Below, piece by piece: positions 31,394 through 46,391 of a stretch of DNA of 64,000 nt. Origin of the DNA: Escherichia coli (GTDB lineage: Bacteria > Pseudomonadota > Gammaproteobacteria > Enterobacterales > Enterobacteriaceae); assembly GCF_024502345.1 (NCBI RefSeq), contig NZ_JALDNN010000001.1; one strand, written 5' to 3'. The position numbers and the translations under genes are program-made. The notes under the pieces are model-generated. The model searched no databases, had not been told where the DNA came from, and was given only the letters and a program-made list of their open reading frames with translations. Position 1 is the stretch's first letter. Every line of letters starts with the position of its first letter.

Positions 31394-31430
31394 TGGCTGA
31401 TCGGACTTGTTCGGCGTACAAGTGTACGCT
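31394..31430. promoter_or_regulatory. fabB promoter operators: FadR site next to a FabR palindrome
   Basis: TGGCTGATCGGACTTGTTC (FadR-like) followed directly by GGCGTACAAGTGTACGCT (near-perfect FabR-type palindrome). Confidence 0.55.
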
Positions 31431-31477
31431 ATTGTGCATTCGAAACTTACTCTATGTGCGACTTACAGAGGTATTGA

Positions 31478-32698
31478 ATGAAACGTGCAGTGATTACTGG
31501 CCTGGGCATTGTTTCCAGCATCGGTAATAACCAGCAGGAAGTCCTGGCATCTCTGCGTGAAGGACGTTCAGGGATCACTTTCTCTCAGGAGCTGAAGGAT
31601 TCCGGCATGCGTAGCCACGTCTGGGGCAACGTAAAACTGGATACCACTGGCCTCATTGACCGCAAAGTTGTGCGCTTTATGAGCGACGCATCCATTTATG
31701 CATTCCTTTCTATGGAGCAGGCAATCGCAGATGCGGGCCTCTCTCCGGAAGCTTACCAGAATAATCCGCGCGTTGGCCTGATTGCAGGTTCTGGCGGCGG
31801 TTCCCCGCGTTTCCAGGTGTTCGGCGCTGACGCAATGCGCGGCCCGCGCGGCCTGAAAGCGGTTGGCCCGTATGTGGTCACCAAAGCGATGGCATCCGGC
31901 GTTTCTGCCTGCCTCGCCACCCCGTTTAAAATTCATGGCGTTAACTACTCCATCAGCTCCGCGTGTGCGACTTCCGCACACTGTATCGGTAACGCAGTAG
32001 AGCAGATCCAACTGGGCAAACAGGACATCGTGTTTGCTGGCGGCGGCGAAGAGCTGTGCTGGGAAATGGCTTGCGAATTCGACGCAATGGGTGCGCTGTC
32101 TACTAAATACAACGACACCCCGGAAAAAGCCTCCCGTACTTACGATGCTCACCGTGACGGTTTCGTTATCGCTGGCGGCGGCGGTATGGTGGTGGTTGAA
32201 GAGCTGGAACACGCGCTGGCGCGTGGTGCTCACATCTATGCTGAAATCGTTGGCTACGGCGCAACGTCTGATGGCGCAGACATGGTTGCTCCGTCTGGCG
32301 AAGGCGCAGTACGCTGCATGAAGATGGCGATGCATGGCGTTGATACCCCAATCGATTACCTGAACTCCCACGGTACTTCGACTCCGGTTGGCGACGTGAA
32401 AGAGCTGGCAGCTATCCGTGAAGTGTTCGGCGATAAGAGCCCGGCGATTTCTGCAACCAAAGCCATGACCGGTCACTCTCTGGGCGCTGCTGGCGTACAG
32501 GAAGCTATCTACTCTCTGCTGATGCTGGAACACGGCTTTATCGCCCCGAGCATCAACATTGAAGAGCTGGACGAGCAGGCGGCGGGTCTGAACATCGTGA
32601 CCGAAACGACCGATCGCGAACTGACCACTGTTATGTCTAACAGCTTCGGCTTCGGCGGCACCAACGCCACGCTGGTAATGCGCAAGCTGAAAGATTAA
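31478..32698 (+). CDS. fabB: 3-oxoacyl-ACP synthase I (KAS I)
   Basis: [22 protein letters not shown]…; active-site Cys context ([12 protein letters not shown]); 406 aa. Confidence 0.95.
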
Positions 32699-32818
32699 TT
32701 CGCAGTAGGTCGGAGTAGTCGGAGTAGGTCGGATAAGACGCGCCAGCGTCGCATCCGACATTACGCGCCAGCGTCGCATCCGACGTTACGCGCCAATGCG
32801 GCCTCCTGCACTAACGCC
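32699..32818. repeat. REP/BIME palindromic elements
   Basis: Repeated GTAGGTCGGA…GACGCGCCAGCGTCGCATCCGAC units. Confidence 0.6.
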
Positions 32819-33003
32819 AAAGGGAACCCGATGGTTCCCTTTTTCACATCATTGACAATCGCCGCCTGTTCCAGGCAAACTTCCCGCTTTGTCGATTTCC
32901 TTCTGAAAAGACGTACGCGTTAATTCCTGCCAACGCACCGTAACCCTGAAACCAGAGAGATGAGACGGGGATACTCCTCGCCTTGCGCTGCATTCTGGAG
33001 TAA

Positions 33004-35177
<2,174 letters not shown>

Positions 35178-35275
35178 TACGTATCCTTATACCTGAAATC
35201 TTCGCAAGTATGCCTGGCCGCGAGATTATGGCACACTTGTCCGGTTAACTCTCGTCTCATACAGGTAACACAAAC

Positions 35276-36412
35276 GTGAAAATCCTTGTTGATGAAAATA
35301 TGCCTTATGCCCGCGACTTATTTAGCCGTTTGGGTGAGGTGATCGCGGTTCCCGGGCGTCCAATCCCCGTCGCTCAACTGGCAGACGCGGATGCGCTGAT
35401 GGTGCGTTCGGTCACGAAAGTGAATGAATCTTTGCTGGCAGGAAAACCCATTAAATTTGTTGGCACTGCCACTGCGGGGACCGACCATGTCGATGAAGCA
35501 TGGTTGAAGCAGGCGGGAATTGGTTTTTCCGCTGCACCTGGCTGTAATGCGATTGCGGTGGTGGAATATGTTTTCTCCTCCCTGCTGATGCTTGCCGAAC
35601 GCGATGGATTTTCACTGCACGAGCGTACCGTGGGGATCGTGGGCGTTGGTAACGTTGGTCGGCGTTTACAGGCACGACTGGAAGCGTTAGGGATTAAAAC
35701 CTTACTTTGCGATCCGCCTCGCGCTGACCGTGGGGATGAGGGTGATTTCCGCTCGCTGGATGAGTTAGTCCAGCGCGCGGATATTCTGACTTTCCATACG
35801 CCACTCTTTAAAGATGGTCCGTACAAAACGCTACATCTGGCGGATGAAAAACTGATCCGTAGCCTGAAGCCCGGAGCGATTCTGATTAACGCCTGCCGTG
35901 GCGCAGTCGTCGATAATACCGCGCTGCTGACCTGCCTGAATGAAGGCCAGAAGTTAAGCGTGGTGCTGGATGTCTGGGAAGGCGAGCCGGAACTTAACGT
36001 GGAGTTGCTGACAAAAGTGGATATCGGCACGCCGCATATTGCAGGCTATACCCTGGAAGGTAAAGCACGCGGTACTACGCAAGTGTTTGAAGCCTATAGC
36101 AAGTTTATTGGGCATGAACAGCACGTTGCGCTGGATACATTACTGCCCGCGCCAGAGTTTGGTCGCATTACGTTGCATGGCCCGCTCGATCAACCGACGC
36201 TGAAAAGGCTGGTGCATTTGGTGTATGATGTGCGCCGCGATGACGCACCGCTGCGTAAAGTCGCCGGGATACCGGGTGAGTTCGATAAACTGCGCAAAAA
36301 CTATCTTGAGCGCCGTGAATGGTCATCTCTGTATGTAATTTGTGATGACGCCAGTGCGGCATCATTGCTGTGTAAACTGGGTTTTAACGCCGTTCATCAT
36401 CCGGCACGTTAA
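35276..36412 (+). CDS. pdxB: Erythronate-4-phosphate dehydrogenase
   Basis: GTG start; D-2-hydroxyacid dehydrogenase NAD fold ([12 protein letters not shown]). Confidence 0.9.
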   Translation: MKILVDENMPYARDLFSRLGEVIAVPGRPIPVAQLADADALMVRSVTKVNESLLAGKPIKFVGTATAGTDHVDEAWLKQAGIGFSAAPGCNAIAVVEYVFSSLLMLAERDGFSLHERTVGIVGVGNVGRRLQARLEALGIKTLLCDPPRADRGDEGDFRSLDELVQRADILTFHTPLFKDGPYKTLHLADEKLIRSLKPGAILINACRGAVVDNTALLTCLNEGQKLSVVLDVWEGEPELNVELLTKVDIGTPHIAGYTLEGKARGTTQVFEAYSKFIGHEQHVALDTLLPAPEFGRITLHGPLDQPTLKRLVHLVYDVRRDDAPLRKVAGIPGEFDKLRKNYLERREWSSLYVICDDASAASLLCKLGFNAVHHPAR

Positions 36413-36477
36413 TCTCTTCTTCATGCTCTCTGCTGTAACATTGGCAGGGAGCTTTGCTATTTCTGGAGTAAACCACC

Positions 36478-37491
36478 ATGTCTGAAGGCTGGAACATTGC
36501 CGTCCTGGGCGCAACTGGCGCTGTGGGCGAAGCCCTGCTTGAAACGCTGGCTGAACGTCAGTTCCCGGTTGGGGAAATTTATGCACTGGCACGTAACGAA
36601 AGCGCAGGCGAACAACTGCGCTTTGGTGGTAAGACAATCACCGTGCAGGATGCTGCTGAATTCGACTGGACGCAGGCGCAGCTGGCATTTTTTGTCGCAG
36701 GCAAAGAAGCTACCGCAGCCTGGGTTGAAGAAGCGACCAACTCAGGTTGCCTGGTGATCGACAGCAGCGGATTGTTTGCTCTCGAACCCGACGTACCGCT
36801 GGTGGTGCCGGAAGTAAACCCGTTTGTACTGACCGATTACCGCAACCGGAATGTCATCGCCGTACCAGACAGTCTGACCAGCCAGCTGCTGGCGGCACTG
36901 AAACCGTTAATCGATCAGGGCGGTTTGTCGCGTATCAGTGTTACCAGCCTGATTTCAGCCTCCGCCCAGGGCAAAAAAGCGGTCGATGCGTTAGCGGGGC
37001 AGAGTGCGAAATTGCTCAACGGCATTCCGATTGACGAAGAAGATTTCTTCGGGCGTCAGCTGGCGTTCAACATGCTGCCGTTACTGCCGGATAGCGAAGG
37101 TAGCGTGCGTGAAGAACGTCGTATCGTTGACGAAGTACGCAAAATCCTGCAGGACGAAGGGCTGATGATTTCGGCAAGCGTCGTCCAGGCACCGGTATTC
37201 TACGGTCATGCCCAGATGGTCAACTTTGAAGCACTGCGTCCGCTGGCGGCAGAAGAAGCGCGTGATGCGTTTTCTCAGGGCGAAGATATTGTGCTCTCTG
37301 AAGAGAACGAATTCCCGACTCAGGTAGGGGATGCTTCGGGTACGCCGCATCTTTCTGTTGGCTGTGTGCGTAATGACTACGGTATGCCGGAGCAAGTCCA
37401 GTTCTGGTCGGTGGCAGATAACGTTCGCTTTGGCGGCGCGCTGATGGCAGTAAAAATCGCCGAGAAACTGGTGCAGGAGTATCTGTACTAA
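36478..37491 (+). CDS. usg: Aspartate-semialdehyde dehydrogenase homologue
   Basis: 337 aa; N-terminal NAD motif ([18 protein letters not shown]). Confidence 0.85.
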
Positions 37492-38303
37492 TGTCCGACC
37501 AGCAACAACCTCCAGTTTATAAAATTGCGCTGGGCATTGAGTACGACGGCAGTAGGTATTACGGCTGGCAACGGCAGAATGAAGTCCGCAGTGTGCAGGA
37601 GAAGCTGGAAAAGGCGCTCTCCCAGGTGGCGAACGAACCGATCACCGTCTTCTGCGCCGGGCGTACTGACGCAGGGGTACACGGTACCGGGCAGGTGGTG
37701 CATTTCGAAACAACCGCGCAGCGCAAAGACGCTGCGTGGACGTTGGGCGTAAATGCGAATTTACCTGGTGACATCGCCGTGCGTTGGGTTAAAGCTGTAC
37801 CTGATGATTTTCATGCCCGATTTAGCGCCACGGCTCGCCGTTATCGCTACATCATCTACAATCATCGGCTGCGCCCGGCGGTACTGAGTAAAGGGGTAAC
37901 CCATTTTTACGAACCGCTGGACGCTGAACGGATGCATCGGGCTGCGCAATGCTTGCTGGGCGAGAATGATTTCACCTCGTTCCGTGCGGTGCAGTGCCAG
38001 TCCCGAACCCCGTGGCGCAACGTTATGCATATTAATGTCACGCGTCACGGTCCTTATGTGGTGGTTGATATCAAAGCGAATGCCTTTGTACATCATATGG
38101 TCAGGAATATTGTCGGCAGCCTGATGGAAGTCGGTGCCCACAACCAGCCGGAGAGCTGGATAGCAGAGTTGCTGGCGGCAAAGGACAGAACGCTGGCGGC
38201 AGCAACGGCAAAAGCGGAAGGGCTGTATCTGGTCGCGGTGGATTACCCTGACCGGTATGATCTTCCAAAACCGCCAATGGGCCCGCTATTTCTGGCGGAC
38301 TAA
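37491..38303 (+). CDS. truA: tRNA pseudouridine(38-40) synthase
   Basis: 270 aa; catalytic Asp context ([12 protein letters not shown]). Confidence 0.9.
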
Positions 38304-38385
38304 CGAGAATAATGCTCGGAACATTTCAGGCTGTAGCCAACGTAGTTACAGCCTGAAAGATGACGAGTACAAGGCATAGGCAAAT

Positions 38386-39045
38386 ATGGACCTGATTTAT
38401 TTCCTCATCGATTTTATCCTGCACATTGACGTGCATCTGGCAGAGCTGGTCGCGGAGTACGGCGTCTGGGTTTATGCCATTTTGTTCTTAATTTTGTTCT
38501 GTGAAACCGGTCTGGTGGTAACGCCGTTTTTACCGGGTGATTCATTGCTGTTTGTTGCCGGAGCGTTGGCATCACTGGAAACCAACGATCTCAACGTCCA
38601 TATGATGGTGGTGCTGATGCTGATCGCCGCGATTGTGGGTGACGCGGTCAATTACACTATCGGGCGGTTGTTCGGTGAAAAGTTATTCAGTAATCCCAAT
38701 TCGAAAATTTTCCGTCGCAGTTATCTCGACAAAACCCATCAGTTTTATGAGAAACATGGCGGCAAAACGATTATTCTCGCCCGTTTTGTGCCGATCGTCA
38801 GAACGTTCGCCCCGTTTGTTGCGGGAATGGGCCACATGTCGTACCGTCATTTCGCTGCTTATAACGTGATCGGCGCACTGTTGTGGGTACTGCTTTTTAC
38901 CTACGCAGGCTATTTCTTCGGTACAATCCCGATGGTTCAGGATAACCTTAAGCTGCTGATCGTCGGGATTATTGTGGTTTCTATTTTGCCGGGCGTCATC
39001 GAAATAATCCGTCACAAACGCGCTGCGGCACGCGCCGCAAAATAA
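38386..39045 (+). CDS. dedA: DedA-family inner-membrane protein
   Basis: 219-aa membrane protein. Confidence 0.85.
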   Translation: MDLIYFLIDFILHIDVHLAELVAEYGVWVYAILFLILFCETGLVVTPFLPGDSLLFVAGALASLETNDLNVHMMVVLMLIAAIVGDAVNYTIGRLFGEKLFSNPNSKIFRRSYLDKTHQFYEKHGGKTIILARFVPIVRTFAPFVAGMGHMSYRHFAAYNVIGALLWVLLFTYAGYFFGTIPMVQDNLKLLIVGIIVVSILPGVIEIIRHKRAAARAAK

Positions 39046-39200
39046 AAAGTAACTCCGCGGTTCGACCACTTTTTTATCCAAAGTTTCGGGCTGTTATGTT
39101 TTAATGTGCAACATTCATGGTCTGTTGGGGGCAAAAATGGCATTATGCGTCCCCAAAGATAAAACTGGCATCGAACCAGGTTCAGACAGAAAGGTCCCTA

Positions 39201-40115
39201 ATGAGCTGGATTGAACGAATTAAAAGCAACATTACTCCCACCCGCAAGGCGAGCATTCCTGAAGGGGTGTGGACTAAGTGTGATAGCTGCGGTCAGGTTT
39301 TATACCGCGCTGAGCTGGAACGTAATCTTGAGGTCTGTCCGAAGTGTGACCATCACATGCGTATGACAGCGCGTAATCGCCTGCATAGCCTGTTAGATGA
39401 AGGAAGCCTTGTGGAGCTGGGTAGCGAGCTTGAGCCGAAAGATGTGCTGAAGTTTCGTGACTCCAAGAAGTATAAAGACCGTCTGGCATCTGCGCAGAAA
39501 GAAACCGGCGAAAAAGATGCGCTGGTGGTGATGAAAGGCACTCTGTATGGAATGCCGGTTGTCGCTGCGGCATTCGAGTTCGCCTTTATGGGCGGTTCAA
39601 TGGGGTCTGTTGTGGGTGCGCGTTTCGTGCGTGCCGTTGAGCAGGCGCTGGAAGATAACTGCCCGCTGATCTGCTTCTCCGCCTCTGGTGGCGCACGTAT
39701 GCAGGAAGCACTGATGTCGCTGATGCAGATGGCGAAAACCTCTGCGGCACTGGCAAAAATGCAGGAGCGCGGCTTGCCGTACATCTCCGTGCTGACCGAC
39801 CCGACGATGGGCGGTGTTTCTGCAAGTTTCGCCATGCTGGGCGATCTCAACATCGCTGAACCGAAAGCGTTAATCGGCTTTGCCGGTCCGCGAGTTATCG
39901 AACAGACCGTTCGCGAAAAACTGCCGCCAGGATTCCAGCGCAGTGAATTCCTGATCGAGAAAGGCGCGATCGACATGATCGTCCGTCGTCCGGAAATGCG
40001 CCTGAAACTGGCGAGCATTCTGGCGAAGTTGATGAATCTGCCAGCGCCGAATCCTGAAGCGCCGCGTGAAGGCGTAGTGGTACCCCCGGTACCGGATCAG
40101 GAACCTGAGGCCTGA
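39201..40115 (+). CDS. accD: Acetyl-CoA carboxylase carboxyltransferase beta subunit
   Basis: MSWIERIK…; Zn-ribbon CDSCGQVLY…CPKCDHH; 304 aa; upstream ORF extension rejected. Confidence 0.9.
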
Positions 40116-40123
40116 TAACTGAT

Positions 40124-40153
40124 AAGGGCAGGGCCACTGGCTCTGCCCTTTTG
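40124..40153 (+). terminator. Possible rho-independent terminator after accD
   Basis: AAGGGCAGGGCC-actg-GCTCTGCCCTT followed by TTG; imperfect stem and weak U-tract. Confidence 0.4.
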
Positions 40154-40184
40154 CTATTCTCACCGTAACGAATCAGCGGATACC

Positions 40185-41453
40185 ATGATTATCAAACGCA
40201 CTCCTCAAGCCGCGTCGCCTCTGGCTTCGTGGCTTTCTTATCTGGAAAACCTGCACAGTAAAACTATCGATCTCGGCCTTGAGCGCGTGAGCCAGGTCGC
40301 GGCGCGTCTTGGCGTCCTGAAACCAGCGCCATTTGTATTTACCGTTGCGGGTACGAATGGCAAAGGCACCACCTGCCGTACGCTGGAGTCGATTCTGATG
40401 GCGGCAGGGTACAAAGTGGGCGTCTACAGTTCGCCGCATCTGGTGCGTTATACCGAGCGCGTACGTGTGCAGGGTCAGGAATTGCCGGAATCGGCCCACA
40501 CCGCCTCTTTTGCGGAGATTGAATCGGCACGCGGTGATATTTCCCTGACCTATTTCGAGTACGGTACGCTGTCGGCGTTGTGGCTGTTCAAACAGGCACA
40601 ACTTGACGTGGTGATTCTGGAAGTAGGGCTGGGCGGTCGTCTGGACGCAACCAATATTGTCGACGCCGATATCGCGGTAGTAACCAGTATTGCGCTGGAT
40701 CATACCGACTGGCTGGGGCCAGATCGCGAAAGTATTGGTCGCGAGAAAGCAGGCATCTTTCGCAGCGAAAAACCGGCAATTGTCGGTGAGCCGGAAATGC
40801 CTTCTACCATTGCTGATGTGGCGCAGGAAAAAGGTGCACTGTTACAACGTCGGGGCGTTGAGTGGAACTATTCCGTCACCGATCATGACTGGGCGTTTAG
40901 CGATGCTCACGGCACGCTGGAAAACCTGCCGTTGCCGCTTGTCCCGCAACCGAATGCCGCAACGGCGCTGGCGGCACTGCGTGCCAGCGGGCTGGAGGTC
41001 AGTGAAAATGCCATTCGTGACGGGATTGCCAGCGCAATTTTGCCGGGACGTTTCCAGATTGTGAGCGAGTCGCCACGCGTTATTTTTGATGTCGCGCATA
41101 ATCCACATGCGGCGGAATATCTCACCGGGCGTATGAAAGCGCTACCGAAAAACGGGCGCGTGCTGGCGGTTATCGGTATGCTACATGATAAAGATATTGC
41201 CGGAACTCTGGCCTGGTTGAAAAGCGTGGTTGATGACTGGTATTGTGCGCCACTGGAAGGGCCGCGCGGTGCTACGGCAGAACAACTGCTTGAGCATTTG
41301 GGTAACGGCAAATCATTAGATAGCGTTGCGCAGGCATGGGATGCCGCAATGGCGGACGCTAAAGCGGAAGATACCGTGCTGGTGTGTGGTTCTTTCCACA
41401 CGGTCGCACATGTCATGGAAGTGATTGACGCGAGGAGAAGCGGTGGCAAGTAA
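40185..41453 (+). CDS. folC: Dihydrofolate synthase / folylpolyglutamate synthase
   Basis: 422 aa; P-loop (VAGTNGKGTT). Confidence 0.9.
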   Translation: MIIKRTPQAASPLASWLSYLENLHSKTIDLGLERVSQVAARLGVLKPAPFVFTVAGTNGKGTTCRTLESILMAAGYKVGVYSSPHLVRYTERVRVQGQELPESAHTASFAEIESARGDISLTYFEYGTLSALWLFKQAQLDVVILEVGLGGRLDATNIVDADIAVVTSIALDHTDWLGPDRESIGREKAGIFRSEKPAIVGEPEMPSTIADVAQEKGALLQRRGVEWNYSVTDHDWAFSDAHGTLENLPLPLVPQPNAATALAALRASGLEVSENAIRDGIASAILPGRFQIVSESPRVIFDVAHNPHAAEYLTGRMKALPKNGRVLAVIGMLHDKDIAGTLAWLKSVVDDWYCAPLEGPRGATAEQLLEHLGNGKSLDSVAQAWDAAMADAKAEDTVLVCGSFHTVAHVMEVIDARRSGGK

Positions 41454-42105
41454 GTTTCAGAATCGGTTAGTGGGCACGATCGTGCTGGTGGCGCTGGGGG
41501 TGATTGTACTTCCAGGGCTGCTGGACGGGCAGAAAAAACATTATCAGGATGAGTTTGCGGCTATCCCGCTGGTTCCAAAAGCGGGCGATCGCGATGAGCC
41601 TGATATGATGCCAGCCGCCACCCAGGCGTTGCCGACGCAGCCGCCGGAAGGCGCAGCGGAAGAGGTGCGGGCAGGTGATGCCGCAGCACCGTCGCTCGAT
41701 CCGGCCACTATTGCAGCCAATAACACCGAGTTTGAACCGGAACCTGCACCGGTCGCCCCACCGAAGCCGAAACCGGTGGAGCCGCCTAAGCCGAAGGTTG
41801 AAGCACCACCTGCGCCGAAGCCAGAACCGAAGCCGGTCGTGGAAGAAAAAGCAGCGCCAACGGGTAAAGCCTATGTTGTGCAACTGGGCGCGCTGAAAAA
41901 TGCCGATAAAGTGAATGAGATTGTCGGTAAGCTGCGCGGTGCCGGTTATCGGGTTTATACGTCGCCATCCACGCCAGTGCAGGGTAAAATTACCCGTATT
42001 CTGGTTGGGCCAGATGCCTCGAAAGATAAGCTGAAAGGTTCGCTTGGCGAACTGAAGCAGATCTCTGGTTTGAGCGGCGTGGTGATGGGCTACACGCCGA
42101 ATTAA
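41443..42105 (+). CDS. dedD: Cell-division protein DedD (SPOR domain)
   Basis: GTG start (VASKFQNRLVGTIVLVALGVIVL…); Pro/Ala/Lys/Glu-rich linker; C-terminal SPOR-like domain. Confidence 0.85.
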   Translation: MASKFQNRLVGTIVLVALGVIVLPGLLDGQKKHYQDEFAAIPLVPKAGDRDEPDMMPAATQALPTQPPEGAAEEVRAGDAAAPSLDPATIAANNTEFEPEPAPVAPPKPKPVEPPKPKVEAPPAPKPEPKPVVEEKAAPTGKAYVVQLGALKNADKVNEIVGKLRGAGYRVYTSPSTPVQGKITRILVGPDASKDKLKGSLGELKQISGLSGVVMGYTPN

Positions 42106-42114
42106 TACGGTTTT

Positions 42115-42478
<364 letters not shown>

Positions 42479-42564
42479 GCACGATGCCGCAAAGGCATAA
42501 AAAGTCGATGGCGTTGAATATTTTTTCAGCGCCATTTTTATTGATGCGCGGGAAGGAAATCCCT

Positions 42565-42580
42565 ACGCAAACGTTTTCTT
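42565..42580. promoter_or_regulatory. PurR operator (pur box) of the cvpA-purF promoter
   Basis: ACGCAAACGTTTTCTT matches the PurR consensus ACGCAAACGTTTGCGT; a TAGAAT -10-like hexamer lies just downstream (42588-42593). Confidence 0.6.
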
Positions 42581-42636
42581 TTTCTGTTAGAATGCGCCCC
42601 GAACAGGATGACAGGGCGTAAAATCGTGGGACACAT

Positions 42637-43125
42637 ATGGTCTGGATTGATTACGCCATAATCGCGGTGATTGCTTTTTCCTCTCTGGTTAGCCTGATCC
42701 GCGGCTTTGTTCGTGAAGCGTTATCGCTGGTGACATGGGGGTGTGCTTTCTTTGTTGCCAGTCATTACTACACTTACCTGTCAGTCTGGTTTACGGGCTT
42801 TGAAGACGAACTGGTTCGAAATGGGATTGCCATCGCGGTACTATTTATCGCTACCCTGATCGTTGGTGCTATCGTGAACTTCGTGATAGGCCAGCTGGTG
42901 GAGAAAACGGGGTTGTCAGGCACCGATCGGGTGCTGGGCGTCTGTTTCGGTGCGTTGCGCGGTGTGTTGATTGTTGCTGCCATTCTCTTCTTTCTCGACT
43001 CCTTTACCGGGGTGTCGAAAAGCGAAGACTGGAGCAAATCACAGCTGATCCCGCAGTTCAGTTTTATCATCAGATGGTTTTTTGATTATCTGCAAAGCTC
43101 GTCAAGTTTCTTGCCCAGAGCGTAA
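42637..43125 (+). CDS. cvpA: Colicin V production membrane protein
   Basis: 162-aa membrane protein immediately upstream of purF. Confidence 0.9.
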   Translation: MVWIDYAIIAVIAFSSLVSLIRGFVREALSLVTWGCAFFVASHYYTYLSVWFTGFEDELVRNGIAIAVLFIATLIVGAIVNFVIGQLVEKTGLSGTDRVLGVCFGALRGVLIVAAILFFLDSFTGVSKSEDWSKSQLIPQFSFIIRWFFDYLQSSSSFLPRA

Positions 43126-43161
43126 GTGCTCTGAGATGTGGCTTAACGAGGAAAAAGACGT

Positions 43162-44679
43162 ATGTGCGGTATTGTCGGTATCGCCGGTGTTATGCCGGTT
43201 AACCAGTCGATTTATGATGCCTTAACGGTGCTTCAGCATCGCGGTCAGGATGCCGCCGGCATCATCACCATAGATGCCAATAACTGCTTCCGATTGCGTA
43301 AAGCGAACGGGCTGGTGAGCGATGTATTTGAAGCTCGCCATATGCAGCGTTTGCAGGGCAATATGGGCATTGGTCATGTGCGTTACCCTACGGCTGGCAG
43401 CTCCAGCGCCTCTGAAGCGCAGCCGTTTTACGTTAACTCCCCGTATGGCATTACGCTTGCCCACAACGGCAATCTGACCAACGCTCACGAGTTGCGTAAA
43501 AAACTGTTTGAAGAAAAACGCCGCCACATCAACACCACTTCCGACTCGGAAATTCTGCTTAATATCTTCGCCAGCGAGCTGGACAATTTCCGCCACTACC
43601 CGCTGGAAGCCGACAATATTTTCGCTGCCATTGCTGCCACAAACCGCTTAATCCGCGGCGCGTATGCCTGTGTGGCGATGATTATCGGCCACGGTATGGT
43701 TGCTTTCCGCGATCCAAACGGGATTCGTCCGCTGGTACTGGGAAAACGTGATATTGACGAGAACCGTACAGAATATATGGTCGCTTCCGAAAGCGTAGCG
43801 CTCGATACGCTGGGCTTTGATTTTCTGCGTGACGTCGCGCCGGGCGAAGCGATTTACATCACTGAAGAAGGGCAGTTGTTTACCCGTCAATGTGCTGACA
43901 ATCCGGTCAGCAATCCGTGCCTGTTTGAGTATGTATACTTTGCCCGCCCGGACTCGTTTATCGACAAAATTTCCGTTTACAGCGCGCGTGTGAATATGGG
44001 CACGAAACTGGGTGAGAAAATTGCCCGCGAATGGGAAGATCTGGATATCGACGTGGTGATCCCGATCCCGGAAACCTCGTGTGATATCGCGCTGGAAATT
44101 GCTCGTATTCTGGGCAAGCCGTACCGCCAGGGCTTCGTTAAAAACCGCTATGTTGGCCGCACCTTCATCATGCCGGGCCAGCAGCTGCGTCGTAAGTCCG
44201 TGCGCCGTAAACTGAACGCCAACCGCGCCGAGTTCCGCGATAAAAACGTCCTGCTGGTCGACGACTCCATCGTCCGTGGCACCACTTCTGAGCAGATTAT
44301 CGAGATGGCACGCGAAGCCGGAGCGAAGAAAGTGTACCTCGCTTCTGCGGCACCGGAAATTCGCTTCCCGAACGTTTATGGTATTGATATGCCGAGCGCC
44401 ACGGAGCTTATCGCTCACGGTCGCGAAGTTGATGAAATTCGCCAGATCATCGGTGCTGACGGGTTGATTTTCCAGGATCTGAACGATCTGATCGACGCCG
44501 TTCGCGCTGAAAATCCGGATATCCAGCAGTTTGAATGCTCGGTGTTCAACGGCGTCTACGTCACCAAAGATGTTGATCAGGGCTACCTCGATTTCCTCGA
44601 TACGTTACGTAATGATGACGCCAAAGCAGTGCAACGTCAGAACGAAGTGGAAAATCTCGAAATGCATAACGAAGGATGA
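43162..44679 (+). CDS. purF: Amidophosphoribosyltransferase
   Basis: MCGIVGI… (Ntn catalytic Cys after Met); 505 aa. Confidence 0.95.
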
Positions 44680-44773
44680 TGCCTTCGCTGAGGGTGCCGG
44701 TCTGGCACCCTGACTTGCAACTCCCGCCGAAATCCTGCAAAGTCTGCCTGCAAGTCTGACAGGGCAACTATTT

Positions 44774-45343
44774 ATGAAACGACTCATTGTAGGCATCAGC
44801 GGTGCCAGCGGCGCGATTTATGGCGTGCGCTTATTACAGGTTCTGCGCGATGTCACAGATATCGAAACGCATCTGGTGATGAGCCAGGCAGCGCGCCAGA
44901 CCTTATCCCTCGAAACGGATTTTTCTCTGCGCGAAGTGCAGGCATTAGCCGATGTCACGCACGATGCGCGCGATATTGCCGCCAGCATCTCTTCCGGTTC
45001 TTTCCAGACGCTGGGGATGGTGATTTTACCCTGTTCAATCAAAACCCTTTCCGGCATTGTCCATAGCTATACTGATGGCTTACTGACCCGTGCGGCAGAT
45101 GTGGTGCTGAAAGAGCGTCGCCCGTTGGTGCTCTGCGTGCGTGAAACACCATTGCACTTAGGCCATCTGCGTTTAATGACTCAGGCGGCAGAAATCGGTG
45201 CGGTGATTATGCCTCCCGTTCCGGCGTTTTATCATCGCCCGCAATCCCTTGATGATGTGATAAATCAGACGGTTAATCGTGTTCTTGACCAGTTTGCAAT
45301 AACCCTTCCTGAAGATCTCTTTGCCCGCTGGCAGGGCGCATAA
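44774..45343 (+). CDS. ubiX: Flavin prenyltransferase UbiX
   Basis: MKRLIVGISGASGAIYGVRLL…; 189 aa. Confidence 0.9.
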   Translation: MKRLIVGISGASGAIYGVRLLQVLRDVTDIETHLVMSQAARQTLSLETDFSLREVQALADVTHDARDIAASISSGSFQTLGMVILPCSIKTLSGIVHSYTDGLLTRAADVVLKERRPLVLCVRETPLHLGHLRLMTQAAEIGAVIMPPVPAFYHRPQSLDDVINQTVNRVLDQFAITLPEDLFARWQGA

Positions 45344-45524
45344 CTCCGCTGTTGCCCTGTTTCAGGGCAATTTTGCAACCGCGATCAAATCCTCGACATT
45401 TTGTTTCTGCCATTCAATCGAAACGCTGCGATTCAACCGCTATACCTGCTATCTTCAACTTCAGGACAATAATGCAACGTCTTATTAACATATTTAACGT
45501 TGAATGTTACTGTTGTCGTCAAGA

Positions 45525-45540
45525 TGGCATAAGACCTGCA
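45525..45540 (+). promoter_or_regulatory. Putative sigma-54 (-24/-12) promoter for argT
   Basis: TGGCAT-aagac-CTGCA has the GG…GC dinucleotides at the canonical spacing; argT is known to be nitrogen-regulated. Confidence 0.45.
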
Positions 45541-45608
45541 TGAAAGAGCCTGCAAACACACAACACAATACACAACATAAAAAAGCCATTTTCACTTGAG
45601 GGTTATGT

Positions 45609-46391
45609 ATGAAGAAGTCGATTCTCGCTCTGTCTTTGTTAGTCGGTCTCTCCGCAGCGGCTTCCAGCTATGCGGCGCTACCGGAGACGGTACGTATCGG
45701 AACCGATACCACCTATGCGCCGTTCTCGTCGAAAGATGCTAAAGGTGATTTTGTTGGCTTTGATATCGATCTCGGTAACGAGATGTGCAAACGGATGCAG
45801 GTGAAATGTACCTGGGTTGCCAGTGACTTTGACGCGCTGATCCCCTCACTGAAAGCGAAAAAAATCGACGCCATTATTTCGTCGCTTTCCATTACCGATA
45901 AACGTCAGCAGGAGATTGCCTTCTCCGACAAGCTGTACGCCGCAGATTCTCGTTTGATTGCTGCCAAAGGTTCACCGATTCAGCCAACGCTGGATTCACT
46001 GAAAGGTAAACATGTTGGTGTGCTGCAGGGATCAACCCAGGAAGCTTACGCTAACGAGACCTGGCGTAGCAAAGGCGTGGATGTGGTGGCCTATGCCAAC
46101 CAGGATTTGGTCTATTCCGATCTGGCTGCAGGACGTCTGGATGCTGCGTTACAAGATGAAGTTGCTGCCAGCGAAGGATTCCTCAAGCAACCTGCTGGTA
46201 AAGATTTCGCCTTTGCTGGCTCATCAGTAAAAGACAAAAAATACTTCGGTGATGGCACCGGTGTAGGGCTACGTAAAGATGATGCTGAACTGACGGCTGC
46301 CTTCAATAAGGCGCTTGGCGAGCTGCGTCAGGACGGCACCTACGACAAGATGGCGAAAAAGTATTTCGACTTTAATGTCTACGGTGACTGA
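45609..46391 (+). CDS. argT: Lysine/arginine/ornithine periplasmic binding protein
   Basis: 260 aa, signal peptide; paralogue of the downstream hisJ. Confidence 0.9.
   Translation: MKKSILALSLLVGLSAAASSYAALPETVRIGTDTTYAPFSSKDAKGDFVGFDIDLGNEMCKRMQVKCTWVASDFDALIPSLKAKKIDAIISSLSITDKRQQEIAFSDKLYAADSRLIAAKGSPIQPTLDSLKGKHVGVLQGSTQEAYANETWRSKGVDVVAYANQDLVYSDLAAGRLDAALQDEVAASEGFLKQPAGKDFAFAGSSVKDKKYFGDGTGVGLRKDDAELTAAFNKALGELRQDGTYDKMAKKYFDFNVYGD

Noticed and set aside
31568-32779. 403-aa ORF antisense to fabB
   Set aside because: Antisense to a conserved essential gene; Arg/Ala-rich low-complexity translation.
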